Origin: Giardia intestinalis
Taxonomy: Eukaryota
NCBI GenBank assembly: GCA_000002435.2
Contig: CM018791.1
Length of the DNA: 64,000 bases
Strand: one strand, 5' to 3'
The translations under genes and the position numbers were made by a program. Under the pieces are notes generated by a model. That model made no database searches. It was not told where the DNA came from and saw nothing but the letters and a program-made list of their open reading frames with translations. Of the stretch, positions 38,158 through 46,662 are shown piece after piece; the stretch's first letter is position 1, and each line of letters begins with the position of its first letter.

Positions 38158-40362
38158 ATGTCAGATGCAGATGACGCTACCATCGAGCAGGCTCTCTGCA
38201 CTGAACCACTTGATTTACAGGTGGCCATGCCGCATATTAAACGAATTGTAAGTAAGGATTTCAACGCTCGCGAAAACATTATTGAGCTCCTTCAGCGTAG
38301 AGGGGCTGAGATCCTGCGGAATATCCTCAAAGCAGACGGCCTGCTCAACTCCACTGCTGACTGCTGGAAGCATGTCGTCCTGTTGGCCATACTAATTATT
38401 AAGTACTCGACATCCTCGTCTCTTGTCTACCTCATACAGCTCCTCCCTGACCGAGCGGCGAAGCTGGGTTCTGGGACCGACGGAGAGCATTATGCAGTAA
38501 GGCATATGTCACAGATTTTGGAGTTCTATATCCGCAAGCTTGTCTCTGACTCTATCTCCAGGTTTCCAGTGCCTCCTGAGGGCACAGAAGGAGATTCGTT
38601 GGTTACCTGGAAGACAGAGCTGGCGTACGTTCGGCCAGTGATTGCTCTTCTCCTCGCTGTGATAACCAGCAAGCAGGGCGAGCATGCTAATGTGACGGAA
38701 ATAGAGCCACTTCAAGAACGGGATATGTGCACAGGGTACATCTCTATGTTATCCCTCCTTCTCATATTCGAGGCTGGCAAGCGCACGTTCGTCGAGGCAG
38801 ACGGGTTCACTGTCCTAATGATGGTTGCTGCACAAACTCAGTCCATCCCGGTAGTGACTGCCATTCTGACAGCCTTCCACAGCTGTATTTTCAACCTTGT
38901 CGACAGCGTCAACGAAGAACTGGATGTCCCGGCCGCTGACTCCGCTTCTGGAGATTGCAATCCTAAGCAGACCACAGTGTACAACCTAGTGGTGGATGCA
39001 TTTGCCTTTGTGCGTCCTCACGAGCTTATTGAGTCTGTATATGAGCGCTTCTACCGTCTGCACTACGTACCAAAGCAGCCCATCTTTACCGAGGACCAGC
39101 TGAAGCAGCAGCTCACCGAGCTCACCTTTTCGGTAGTCTTACTGTTTCATGACTGTGCCCTCCCAGAAACAACTGGCTTCGTGACAGGGGAGAATCTGCT
39201 CTTCATTGCGCAATACATAGTTTCGGTTACCAAGGGTGTTAGCTTGTCAAAGCCAGCGCTGTGGCAGTCCGATGGGTCGCTCGCCACGTTTAATGCCAAG
39301 GTCAAGGGAGGATTAGAGGCACTTATGCGGCTGATCAGTTTGCACACAGAAACCCCCACGGCCATTAGGATTCTGATAAACGGATACAACCATGAGACTA
39401 AGGAGCATGATTCAGTGCAGTCCCAAGGCCCTGTTGCGGAGGACAAGTCAGTGGATGTTGAGGGTGGGGAAGAACCTCTCAGGAAGGCTGAGATGCCCGG
39501 AAATATTGACTTTCTCCGAGCTGTGGTTAACGCTGTCGCTGTCACTGACTGCTCAACGCTTGCTGGGACGCTGTTCTCCTTCCTCTCTCTCGTTGCATCG
39601 TACTCTTGCTGCTATAGTCGAAGATTGATAATACCACTGGAGTTTACATCCTATGAGAGGATTCTAAGATGGGTGAGTGCGTATGGCTCCTACATTCTCG
39701 GCGGGCACGCTGAGACGACAAAAATAATCCAGAACATGGAGGATACGTGCCTGGTCCTTGTGTGGCTGGTCGAGAACTCCTCTTCTGACAACGAGGAGGG
39801 TGCAGATATCGAAGAAGTGGCATCTAAGACGCTAACTCGCAATGAAATATGGGCCCGCCTTTCCATCAAGCAGGAGGCCCATGGAGTGCTGATGCTGGCC
39901 ATGGCAATGTCTGTCATCAAAGGTCTTGTGCCCACACTGACTGGTCTATTATCTGTTATCTCGTGCTTCATGGGCACCGATGGCTATTTCGTTAGACTCC
40001 TTACCGTCTTTAAAGAGAAGAAAGTAGAGATATGCAATTTCCTTGTTGATCTCTGTGCCAACCTAAGCAAGCAAGGCGCGTTCTGCTACGTTGTCTGCAA
40101 TAACATACTCAAAGGAATGTCGTCACTTCCAGATGCATTCTCATCGGTTGACGTCAACCAGTTGGCGGACGCGCTTCTCCCCCTGGGCTTCAGCGACGGC
40201 GATGACGACGTTCTGATGAAGATTGTTAACAGTTACGAGGAGATTCCTCCCGTTATAAAGGAATCTTGTAAGAAGATCTTGGCAATCATGGATGCTGTGG
40301 ACGGTGAAGAGATGGTGGCAAGGTCAGAGCCCTATGCCAGCCAGCCTGCAGCCGTTGGATAG
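38158..40362 (+). CDS. Hypothetical helical-repeat protein (734 aa)
   Basis: The track ORF starts at GTG. The first ATG (38158) follows AGAAAAGCTTGAAAACTAACG. The product is alpha-helical, possibly ARM/HEAT-like. AGTAAAT lies at 40366-40372, 4 nt after the TAG. Confidence 0.7.
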   Translation: MSDADDATIEQALCTEPLDLQVAMPHIKRIVSKDFNARENIIELLQRRGAEILRNILKADGLLNSTADCWKHVVLLAILIIKYSTSSSLVYLIQLLPDRAAKLGSGTDGEHYAVRHMSQILEFYIRKLVSDSISRFPVPPEGTEGDSLVTWKTELAYVRPVIALLLAVITSKQGEHANVTEIEPLQERDMCTGYISMLSLLLIFEAGKRTFVEADGFTVLMMVAAQTQSIPVVTAILTAFHSCIFNLVDSVNEELDVPAADSASGDCNPKQTTVYNLVVDAFAFVRPHELIESVYERFYRLHYVPKQPIFTEDQLKQQLTELTFSVVLLFHDCALPETTGFVTGENLLFIAQYIVSVTKGVSLSKPALWQSDGSLATFNAKVKGGLEALMRLISLHTETPTAIRILINGYNHETKEHDSVQSQGPVAEDKSVDVEGGEEPLRKAEMPGNIDFLRAVVNAVAVTDCSTLAGTLFSFLSLVASYSCCYSRRLIIPLEFTSYERILRWVSAYGSYILGGHAETTKIIQNMEDTCLVLVWLVENSSSDNEEGADIEEVASKTLTRNEIWARLSIKQEAHGVLMLAMAMSVIKGLVPTLTGLLSVISCFMGTDGYFVRLLTVFKEKKVEICNFLVDLCANLSKQGAFCYVVCNNILKGMSSLPDAFSSVDVNQLADALLPLGFSDGDDDVLMKIVNSYEEIPPVIKESCKKILAIMDAVDGEEMVARSEPYASQPAAVG

Positions 40363-40415
40363 ACTAGTAAATAACCCTGAAAAGCTAGATTTTTTAATCT
40401 CCCGCCTCAGCCACA

Positions 40416-41951
40416 ATGAGCCGCGCCACAGGGGTTCTGTTGGGCCCACATGAGGCTGAGATCAATGGAGAAAGAGTCATAAGCGCTGCGTGCTCCGATG
40501 GAGCGCAATTCAGAAGGCTGAGCATGGCATGGAGCTCGGCAGCAAGATTCCTTTCAGACACTCCTTCTGTACTTCCTCTTGAGAGTATCAATGGCAATCC
40601 GCAAAATCAGTCGATATACATCCGATTTAGGAAGATGAGCGGAGTATCTATGCAAACACTACTTCAACGGCATCAAAGTGCCAACCTCCCCTTCTCAGAG
40701 GAAGTGCTCCGCTCATATGCACTCCAGCTATTGACAGGAATATCTGCTCTCGAACGACTCAATTTCTGCCCGACCGTCTCACTTGATACCATACTCGTCT
40801 CTTCTAGCTTCTCTACCGATCCGTGCAACGCTTCCATGGATGATGCGCTAGACTACGCCGGTCTGCTCATTCACGGAGAGTGCTTCTTAACGTGTTATGA
40901 TCCAATTATTTCGACGGGGAAGAGTACTAGGGACTACGATCTCCACCCCCCTCCTCTGGTGTCTTTTTCTCGTGTTTTTGATGAGCTTTGCAAACTTCAA
41001 AAGCAGGACACATGTGCTGGCAGTGTGCCATATCGTGTGAGCTCCAAACCTGGCTCAGGGTATTCAAGGGAACTGCGGGTGCTCATGCGAGCTTGTTCTC
41101 AGGAGCATTCTGCATTGCGCCCATCTGCATACCATGCTTTGCAGTGGTTTAAACGGATTCATGCTGGGGTTGACCTCAGTTGTGTCAATGGTATTCCGAC
41201 CGTGTTCAGTATTACTCCAAGGGTGTCTCGCTCGCCCAGCCCGGTACGTAGTCCGAGTCCTAGCAGACTCGTCTCCCACCCAGACTATCCCGCACTATTG
41301 GGTAGCCAGCGCTGTCTAAGAGCCTATCTTGATAGTGAGCCTGACAGAAGTCTCGTTGAGGACCTCCTCGAGACGGCTGTTGCAAGAAGAAGTGTGATGG
41401 GGATAACAACTATTTCTGATCATTCAAGAAGGAAACAGGTCTTTGCCACTATCAAGCCTCGGGTGGGTGTTGCCGTTATGCGGGAGACTGCTCTTATGGC
41501 AGCGACCCGTGCTAATAATAGTGAAGCCGTACAACATATCTTAAAGACGTCTCCAGAGCTTCTGTGTTCAATACATTGTGGAGATACTAGTCTGCGGATA
41601 GCATCCAGACGAGGTCTGTTTTCTATAGTCCGCCTGCTGTTAAGTGAGCTTGGCATTCGGAGCCCTGCCGGCTGGACCGCGCTGATGTCTGCTGCACGAC
41701 ATGGTTATGATGACATAGTGAGGCTGTTACTCCCGGAGGCCGGAGCACAGTTACAGGATGGCACATCTGCGTTGATGCTTGCGTGCAGGTATGGCCACGC
41801 AAATTGTATAAGAGAACTGCGTGCCGTGGAGAAGAACCTGACAACAACCAATGGAAGCTCTGCCGTTGACTTCATTGCGGAGTCGTTTCACAACGGTACC
41901 CTGAGTAACGCAACAAGACAGAAGTGTCTAGATGCGCTAGCTGGTGAGTAA
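40416..41951 (+). CDS. Ankyrin-repeat protein with a highly degenerate kinase-like N-terminal region (511 aa)
   Basis: Real ATG after TAGATTTTTTAATCT. The N-terminal ~300 aa keep only vestiges of a kinase fold (LQLLTGISALERLNFCPTVSLDTILVS in place of the catalytic loop; no Gly-loop or VAIK). The C-terminus has about 4 ankyrin repeats (GWTALMSAARHGYDDIVRLLL, GTSALMLACRYGHANCIREL). The stop TAA is embedded in AGTAAAT (41947-41953). Confidence 0.8.
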   Translation: MSRATGVLLGPHEAEINGERVISAACSDGAQFRRLSMAWSSAARFLSDTPSVLPLESINGNPQNQSIYIRFRKMSGVSMQTLLQRHQSANLPFSEEVLRSYALQLLTGISALERLNFCPTVSLDTILVSSSFSTDPCNASMDDALDYAGLLIHGECFLTCYDPIISTGKSTRDYDLHPPPLVSFSRVFDELCKLQKQDTCAGSVPYRVSSKPGSGYSRELRVLMRACSQEHSALRPSAYHALQWFKRIHAGVDLSCVNGIPTVFSITPRVSRSPSPVRSPSPSRLVSHPDYPALLGSQRCLRAYLDSEPDRSLVEDLLETAVARRSVMGITTISDHSRRKQVFATIKPRVGVAVMRETALMAATRANNSEAVQHILKTSPELLCSIHCGDTSLRIASRRGLFSIVRLLLSELGIRSPAGWTALMSAARHGYDDIVRLLLPEAGAQLQDGTSALMLACRYGHANCIRELRAVEKNLTTTNGSSAVDFIAESFHNGTLSNATRQKCLDALAGE

Positions 41952-41953
41952 AT
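41947..41953 (+). promoter_or_regulatory. Polyadenylation signal AGTAAAT overlapping the TAA stop of the 40416 gene
   Basis: ggtgAGTAAATag. The stop codon lies inside the AGTRAAY match. Confidence 0.5.
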
Positions 41954-41960
41954 AGTATCG

Positions 41961-43580
41961 TCACGTAGAGACCATAGTAGTGAGCGTAACTGGATTGGTG
42001 GATAGTCCGTGCTTTGTTGTCTTTCTTTTCTTAACAAGTATGATTGCTAGTGTAATGACGGTAGCAGCAAGAAGTAGCACAGCAAGTGGCAACGTGATCG
42101 ATAGAATAAGCGTTGTCCTGTTAGTACTAAGCGGAGGAAAAGCAAAGGGAGAATCAGGATCATTATCCAAACATACCACAGAGGTCTCAGAAGATGATAC
42201 CAGACACTGCTTGCATCCCTTTATACCCTTCAGAGGTCCCGAGATAGTAGAATTATCGCAGCGAATGCAACCATGGACAGAGCTGGTCCAAAAGTATCCT
42301 GGTGCACAAAGATTGCACCCACTAGGCGACGAATCCTCGCAAGAGAGACAACCAGGTGCACACTGACTGCAGTGCACCTCCTCAGAGTCGACTGAAACTT
42401 GCGTGGAGTAGTATCCGTTAGAGCAGAAAGTACATATGTCCGGACTTGATGGACAAGCAAAGCAGCCAGTCATGGTACACTTAATGCACCCGCCGTCACT
42501 AGTCCGATGGTAGCCACACGTACAAGCTCGACAAGTCCCATAGGCGGCAGGATCTATTCGCTCTGCGGCGGCGCATACTAGTTTTCCCGGGGCATATAAT
42601 GAACTATAACACCCTCCTTGATGCAGAAAGTACCCCAGGGCACATTTAAGGCAGAGACCTTTGTCTGTTTGAGCACATGCAGAGATCTGCTGACCTGAAG
42701 TAGAAACGCACCTCCCATCGAGAGGAAAGAAGCCCTGGCTGCACCTAGAGCAATACCTTGCCGATCCCAGGATAGCATGACATTCCACGCACGGTCCTAC
42801 GGCGGCTTCGGCGCACTCTGGAACACAACGACCCATAGTGAGCACGTTAGAATCAGTCCTATATATGAAATATCCGTCAACACAGGAGGTACACTGATCT
42901 TCGATTGCTCGTTCACAAGAGTAACAATTTGCTGGACAGAGATCGCATGTATTTGTGATAGGATTTGCTGCATAGCCGATGGGGCAGCTGTGCAAACATA
43001 TTCTGCGTGCCGGCTGTAGAAAGTATCTTTTCTCACACAAAACGCAAGTGGCTCCAGAATCAGTTCCGTTGTTCTCGCAAACACAATTTGCTGGACAACC
43101 GCCCACTTCTAGACAGTTCCTCCCATCTAGGGAAAGACCAAATGGTATTTCGCACGCGTTGCAAATGTCAGCGTTATCGGTGCAAAGAGCGCAGCTGCTG
43201 ACCTTGCAAAGGATACACCCTTGTGCTCTGTTGCCTTGGTCTAGTCCATATCCAGCGATGCACGTACACTGTCTAGTATAGTAATTGGACGATGCACCGA
43301 TTCCACAGGAGGCCACGCACGATCTTCCATTAATGCTAACCATATAATCATACTCAGAACAATCTAGACATACAGGGGCTGTATCAGTGGAAGAGGGTAA
43401 CATGCAGCGAGAGCATCCTCTTATACCAGCGTATCCATGAACTGGCACTTCAGTACTACAAGAGATACAATATCCCCTGTCATTACCTTGAACTGCCAAG
43501 AAAGACGTACTATTGCACGACGTACATGAGGCATCGTCTTGACCATCACACGTAGTACAGGATTGGTGGCACGACGACAT
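41961..43580 (-). CDS. High-cysteine membrane protein (HCMP-like; ~11% Cys, CXXC/CXC motifs, single C-terminal TM, short basic cytoplasmic tail)
   Basis: 539 aa from the first ATG, with dozens of CXXC/CXC spacings. A hydrophobic TM segment (LILSITLPLAVLLLAATVITLAIILV) is followed by a KKRKTTKHG... tail rather than the VSP CRGKA tail. No N-terminal signal peptide is visible. The track ORF starts at a TTG. Confidence 0.85.
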   Translation of the reverse strand: MSSCHQSCTTCDGQDDASCTSCNSTSFLAVQGNDRGYCISCSTEVPVHGYAGIRGCSRCMLPSSTDTAPVCLDCSEYDYMVSINGRSCVASCGIGASSNYYTRQCTCIAGYGLDQGNRAQGCILCKVSSCALCTDNADICNACEIPFGLSLDGRNCLEVGGCPANCVCENNGTDSGATCVLCEKRYFLQPARRICLHSCPIGYAANPITNTCDLCPANCYSCERAIEDQCTSCVDGYFIYRTDSNVLTMGRCVPECAEAAVGPCVECHAILGSARYCSRCSQGFFPLDGRCVSTSGQQISACAQTDKGLCLKCALGYFLHQGGCYSSLYAPGKLVCAAAERIDPAAYGTCRACTCGYHRTSDGGCIKCTMTGCFACPSSPDICTFCSNGYYSTQVSVDSEEVHCSQCAPGCLSCEDSSPSGCNLCAPGYFWTSSVHGCIRCDNSTISGPLKGIKGCKQCLVSSSETSVVCLDNDPDSPFAFPPLSTNRTTLILSITLPLAVLLLAATVITLAIILVKKRKTTKHGLSTNPVTLTTMVST

Positions 43581-43914
43581 GTTAAAGTAGGCTCTCGAGA
43601 CCAAATTACTAGGTAGCCGTATCCTAAGAAATTAAAAGCTGATTGTTACGTAGAATTGTGTACATTAACATCAAGTAGCTGCATTGTATTACTGTAGCAT
43701 TGGTGAGAACATCTCTTGGATTTTTAGCGCTGCAGAGAAGGCCCGGGATCTGGTTGGTAAGATAACCTTTGTCCAGTGCAGTAGAAATGTCTTATTCATC
43801 AAAACACTGTGGTCGCGAGGAAGGTCTTGGTCAGTACAGATGCTCACTTTGTGCAACATAATCAAGAACCCGATTCAGTTTACAGTTGGACGAGAGCAAA
43901 TAAAAACTCCTAAT

Positions 43915-44472
43915 TTACTTGCAGCACCCGCCGCCCAGGCAGCAGAGCGCCGCGGCGTACATGGCTGTGAAGACTACCACATCGACGAGCCCGAGGACCA
44001 CGCCCGCCCACTTGTTGGAGGGGCCCTCAAGAAGGCCGCGGGGGCCCGCCGGGACGATGGCCGCGATGACGACGAAGGCGACGATGCAGCCCAGAATGAG
44101 CCCGAGGAACTTCAGCCCGCAGCTGTCCTTGTGGATGAAGAACGAGCCGATGACCACGGTGAAGGCCCAGCCGGCCGCGAGGGAGACCATCGACAGCCCG
44201 CTGTAGCCGCCCACGGTGTTGCTGAACGACTTATCGTTACCATTGTTCCCGTTCTTCGCCAGCACGGAGGTGATCAGGTACGTGAGGAAGTCCGCGAGCG
44301 AGGGGTACCCGACCCCGACCCCGATGCGGAACGCGTACTTGAGGAAGCAGTCGAGGCACCCGCAGCACCCGCAGCAGCAGCAGCTGCAGCAGCAGAGGAC
44401 GCACTTGAGGATCTGGACGACGATGCTGTAGATGATGCAGATCACGGCCACAATCATTATGAAGAGGAAGAG
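43915..44472. repeat. Left arm of a 558-bp inverted repeat (pairs with 46093..46650)
   Basis: The reverse complement matches the right arm with a single difference (GGG vs GGA Gly codon). The match ends exactly at the TAA stop. Confidence 0.9.
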
Positions 44473-44676
44473 CTTGCCCTCATTTTTATCAGTAAGACAC
44501 TGTATGGGATTTTTCCCATTACTGTTTCCCTTACTACCATTACTATCGAAACACGTTTTCAGCGTTTCTCCAATTGTTTTAGGATTTCTCCCCGGAAACC
44601 CTACAATCAGAGCATAAACAATCATCGGAACGCCCACACAGATGAGGGCAATGACGTCCTCATCGCAGCAGCACAT
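43915..44676 (-). CDS. Cysteine-string multi-pass membrane protein, paralogue A (253 aa)
   Basis: Real ATG after GGAATTTAAA. MCCCDED N-terminus, poly-Cys string CCCSCCCCGCCGC after TM2, C-terminal CCLGGGCCK, and 4-5 predicted TM helices. The 3' 558 nt are nearly identical to 46093..46650 on the opposite strand. Confidence 0.75.
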   Translation of the reverse strand: MCCCDEDVIALICVGVPMIVYALIVGFPGRNPKTIGETLKTCFDSNGSKGNSNGKNPIQCLTDKNEGKLFLFIMIVAVICIIYSIVVQILKCVLCCCSCCCCGCCGCLDCFLKYAFRIGVGVGYPSLADFLTYLITSVLAKNGNNGNDKSFSNTVGGYSGLSMVSLAAGWAFTVVIGSFFIHKDSCGLKFLGLILGCIVAFVVIAAIVPAGPRGLLEGPSNKWAGVVLGLVDVVVFTAMYAAALCCLGGGCCK

Positions 44677-45126
44677 TTTAAATTCCTTCGAACAAACCGA
44701 GTAAATAGATTTTGACGTATTGACGGTGTAAGGAACTTATGCAGATGCTTGTCTAATGGCACGTGTCCACAACTAGATTCAATATAGTCAGCTATATTTT
44801 CAAGTTTAGCGGCAACCCTTAAAAAACTATGCATGTAAACAAATTACACCAACAATCATAAATACTCGGATGGCTTCAGTGGTCCCGGGGGGCAAGAGGT
44901 AAGGCATTGATACAGACTGTTTCGTTGCTAGTGTACGATGCGACGAGCGTGATATAACAAACGTACACCTGGATCTAAGAGGCCTGAATCTCTCCGTCTA
45001 ATCGCACTCTTTGAACATAGATTTTCCTCCAGACACTTAAGTTTTCGCTTTGAAACGGACAGGTCTGCATTCAGCTGCTGATGTCGAAGTGTGGTGTGTT
45101 GCAGGGCACTCTCCTGCCGTCAAGCC

Positions 45127-45543
45127 TCACCCTCCACTTTTCCAGTTAGCTGTCCATCCCAAGTCTGATTTCGGAAAGTATACCTTGTTGCAGTACCTCA
45201 GAGCTGTTTGCAGTAAACCTTTTGCTGAATTGGGGTCACGGCTTTCGAACTGTGGAACCAGTCTTTCATCTGCGAGGGTCTGCTGAGGGCTGCGCCCCGG
45301 CTGTTCTGCGCACGCTCCCCTGCGGAGGCGGTGGCCGGGGGCGCACCGGTGGCAGTACTCCGGGACGGCGCAGACCGCGCAGTGCTCGACGGCGCAGGGC
45401 CCGGGGGTGCACGCCCGCCCGCCGTCTGCAGGGACCAGCTCGCCCTGGCAGCGCAGGCAGGCGGCGCCCGCGCACCGCTCGCAGCCGGGGACCGTCACCC
45501 CGCAGGGCAGGGCCGCGAGGAGGCGGAGGAGGCGTCCGGGCAT
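45127..45543 (-). CDS. Small secreted Cys-rich (CXXC) protein or VSP/HCMP-like N-terminal fragment (138 aa from MPGRLL)
   Basis: Signal-peptide-like MPGRLLRLLAALPCGVTVPG followed by four CXXC motifs (CERC, CLRC, CAVC, CHRC) within 60 aa. The 5' two-thirds are extremely GC-rich. It may be a pseudogene remnant. Confidence 0.3.
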   Translation of the reverse strand: MPGRLLRLLAALPCGVTVPGCERCAGAACLRCQGELVPADGGRACTPGPCAVEHCAVCAVPEYCHRCAPGHRLRRGACAEQPGRSPQQTLADERLVPQFESRDPNSAKGLLQTALRYCNKVYFPKSDLGWTANWKSGG

Positions 45544-45830
45544 CGGCGTGTTTTCGGCCAAAAATCTGGCGATGTCTACGGCGCCCGCGACCTGGGACAC
45601 GCACTGGGCGCGCCACTGGCGCCTGGCCTGGGACTACGTCCTCGGGGCCGCCGTGGCAGGGCTCCTCCTGGTGTGCGGGGTGCGCTCCCCGGGCCAGGCA
45701 GGGGACCCGGACCCCCGGCGCAGCCCCCGCAGCCCCCGGCGCCGCAGCTCCTTCGAGGGCCGGGCTCCCCCGCGCCGGCGGGAGACGAGCGACCCCGACG
45801 TCGACTGCTCCGACTAGCCCGGGGCACGCG
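45290..45830. other. GC-rich island (visually >70% GC) in the spacer between the inverted paralogues
   Basis: Dense GC-rich codons give spurious open frames on both strands and in several frames (ORFs 45222..45845, 45266..45868, 45331..45840, 45407..45817, 45576..45827). Flanking DNA is about 45-50% GC. Confidence 0.7.
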
Positions 45831-45900
45831 AATCCCATAAAGTGAACGTCAACGCTTTTCCGGCACAATCACCGGGTAGTTTATTGATGGAGAAAAATAA

Positions 45901-46650
45901 ATGTGCTGCTGCGACGAGGACATCATCGCCCTCATCTGCGTGGGCATCCCGATGATCGCGTACGCGGTGGTAGTCGGCTTTCCGGGGAGAGACCCCAGCA
46001 AGGTTGGAGCGGCATTGAAAGAGTGTCTCAGTAACAAAAATGGTAAGAATCTTCTGGCCTGCATCAGTGAGAAGGGGGATAACTACGGCGGCCTCTTCCT
46101 CTTCATAATGATTGTGGCCGTGATCTGCATCATCTACAGCATCGTCGTCCAGATCCTCAAGTGCGTCCTCTGCTGCTGCAGCTGCTGCTGCTGCGGGTGC
46201 TGCGGGTGCCTCGACTGCTTCCTCAAGTACGCGTTCCGCATCGGGGTCGGAGTCGGGTACCCCTCGCTCGCGGACTTCCTCACGTACCTGATCACCTCCG
46301 TGCTGGCGAAGAACGGGAACAATGGTAACGATAAGTCGTTCAGCAACACCGTGGGCGGCTACAGCGGGCTGTCGATGGTCTCCCTCGCGGCCGGCTGGGC
46401 CTTCACCGTGGTCATCGGCTCGTTCTTCATCCACAAGGACAGCTGCGGGCTGAAGTTCCTCGGGCTCATTCTGGGCTGCATCGTCGCCTTCGTCGTCATC
46501 GCGGCCATCGTCCCGGCGGGCCCCCGCGGCCTTCTTGAGGGCCCCTCCAACAAGTGGGCGGGCGTGGTCCTCGGGCTCGTCGATGTGGTAGTCTTCACAG
46601 CCATGTACGCCGCGGCGCTCTGCTGCCTGGGCGGCGGGTGCTGCAAGTAA
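45901..46650 (+). CDS. Cysteine-string multi-pass membrane protein, paralogue B (249 aa)
   Basis: Real ATG after GAGAAAAATAA. The domain layout matches paralogue A. The N-terminal ~65 aa diverged (MCCCDEDIIALICVGIPMIAYAVVVGFPGRDPSKVGAALKECL...), and the remainder is identical. Confidence 0.75.
   Translation: MCCCDEDIIALICVGIPMIAYAVVVGFPGRDPSKVGAALKECLSNKNGKNLLACISEKGDNYGGLFLFIMIVAVICIIYSIVVQILKCVLCCCSCCCCGCCGCLDCFLKYAFRIGVGVGYPSLADFLTYLITSVLAKNGNNGNDKSFSNTVGGYSGLSMVSLAAGWAFTVVIGSFFIHKDSCGLKFLGLILGCIVAFVVIAAIVPAGPRGLLEGPSNKWAGVVLGLVDVVVFTAMYAAALCCLGGGCCK
46093..46650. repeat. Right arm of the 558-bp inverted repeat
   Basis: See left arm. The arms are separated by about 1.6 kb (44473-46092), which holds both divergent 5' gene ends and the GC island. 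Confidence 0.9.
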
Positions 46651-46662
46651 ACGGCGCCCGGC

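Noticed and set aside
43684-44715. 343-aa plus-strand ORF and 206-aa minus-strand ORF (45814..46434) antisense to the cysteine-string genes, with poly-Ala/Asp/Glu runs
   Set aside because: They are the antisense reading of the GC-rich Cys-string CDS (TGC/TGC runs read as GCA/GCA, giving poly-Ala). They appear identically at both repeat arms, as expected for mirror images, and are not independent genes.
45222-45868. Cluster of overlapping 130-207-aa ORFs on both strands in 45.2-45.9 kb (Pro/Arg/Gly/Ala-rich translations)
   Set aside because: These are artefacts of extreme GC content, because stop codons are rare in GC-rich DNA. The translations are low-complexity and mutually overlapping in multiple frames. 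I kept only the CXXC-containing minus-strand ORF, as a low-confidence feature.
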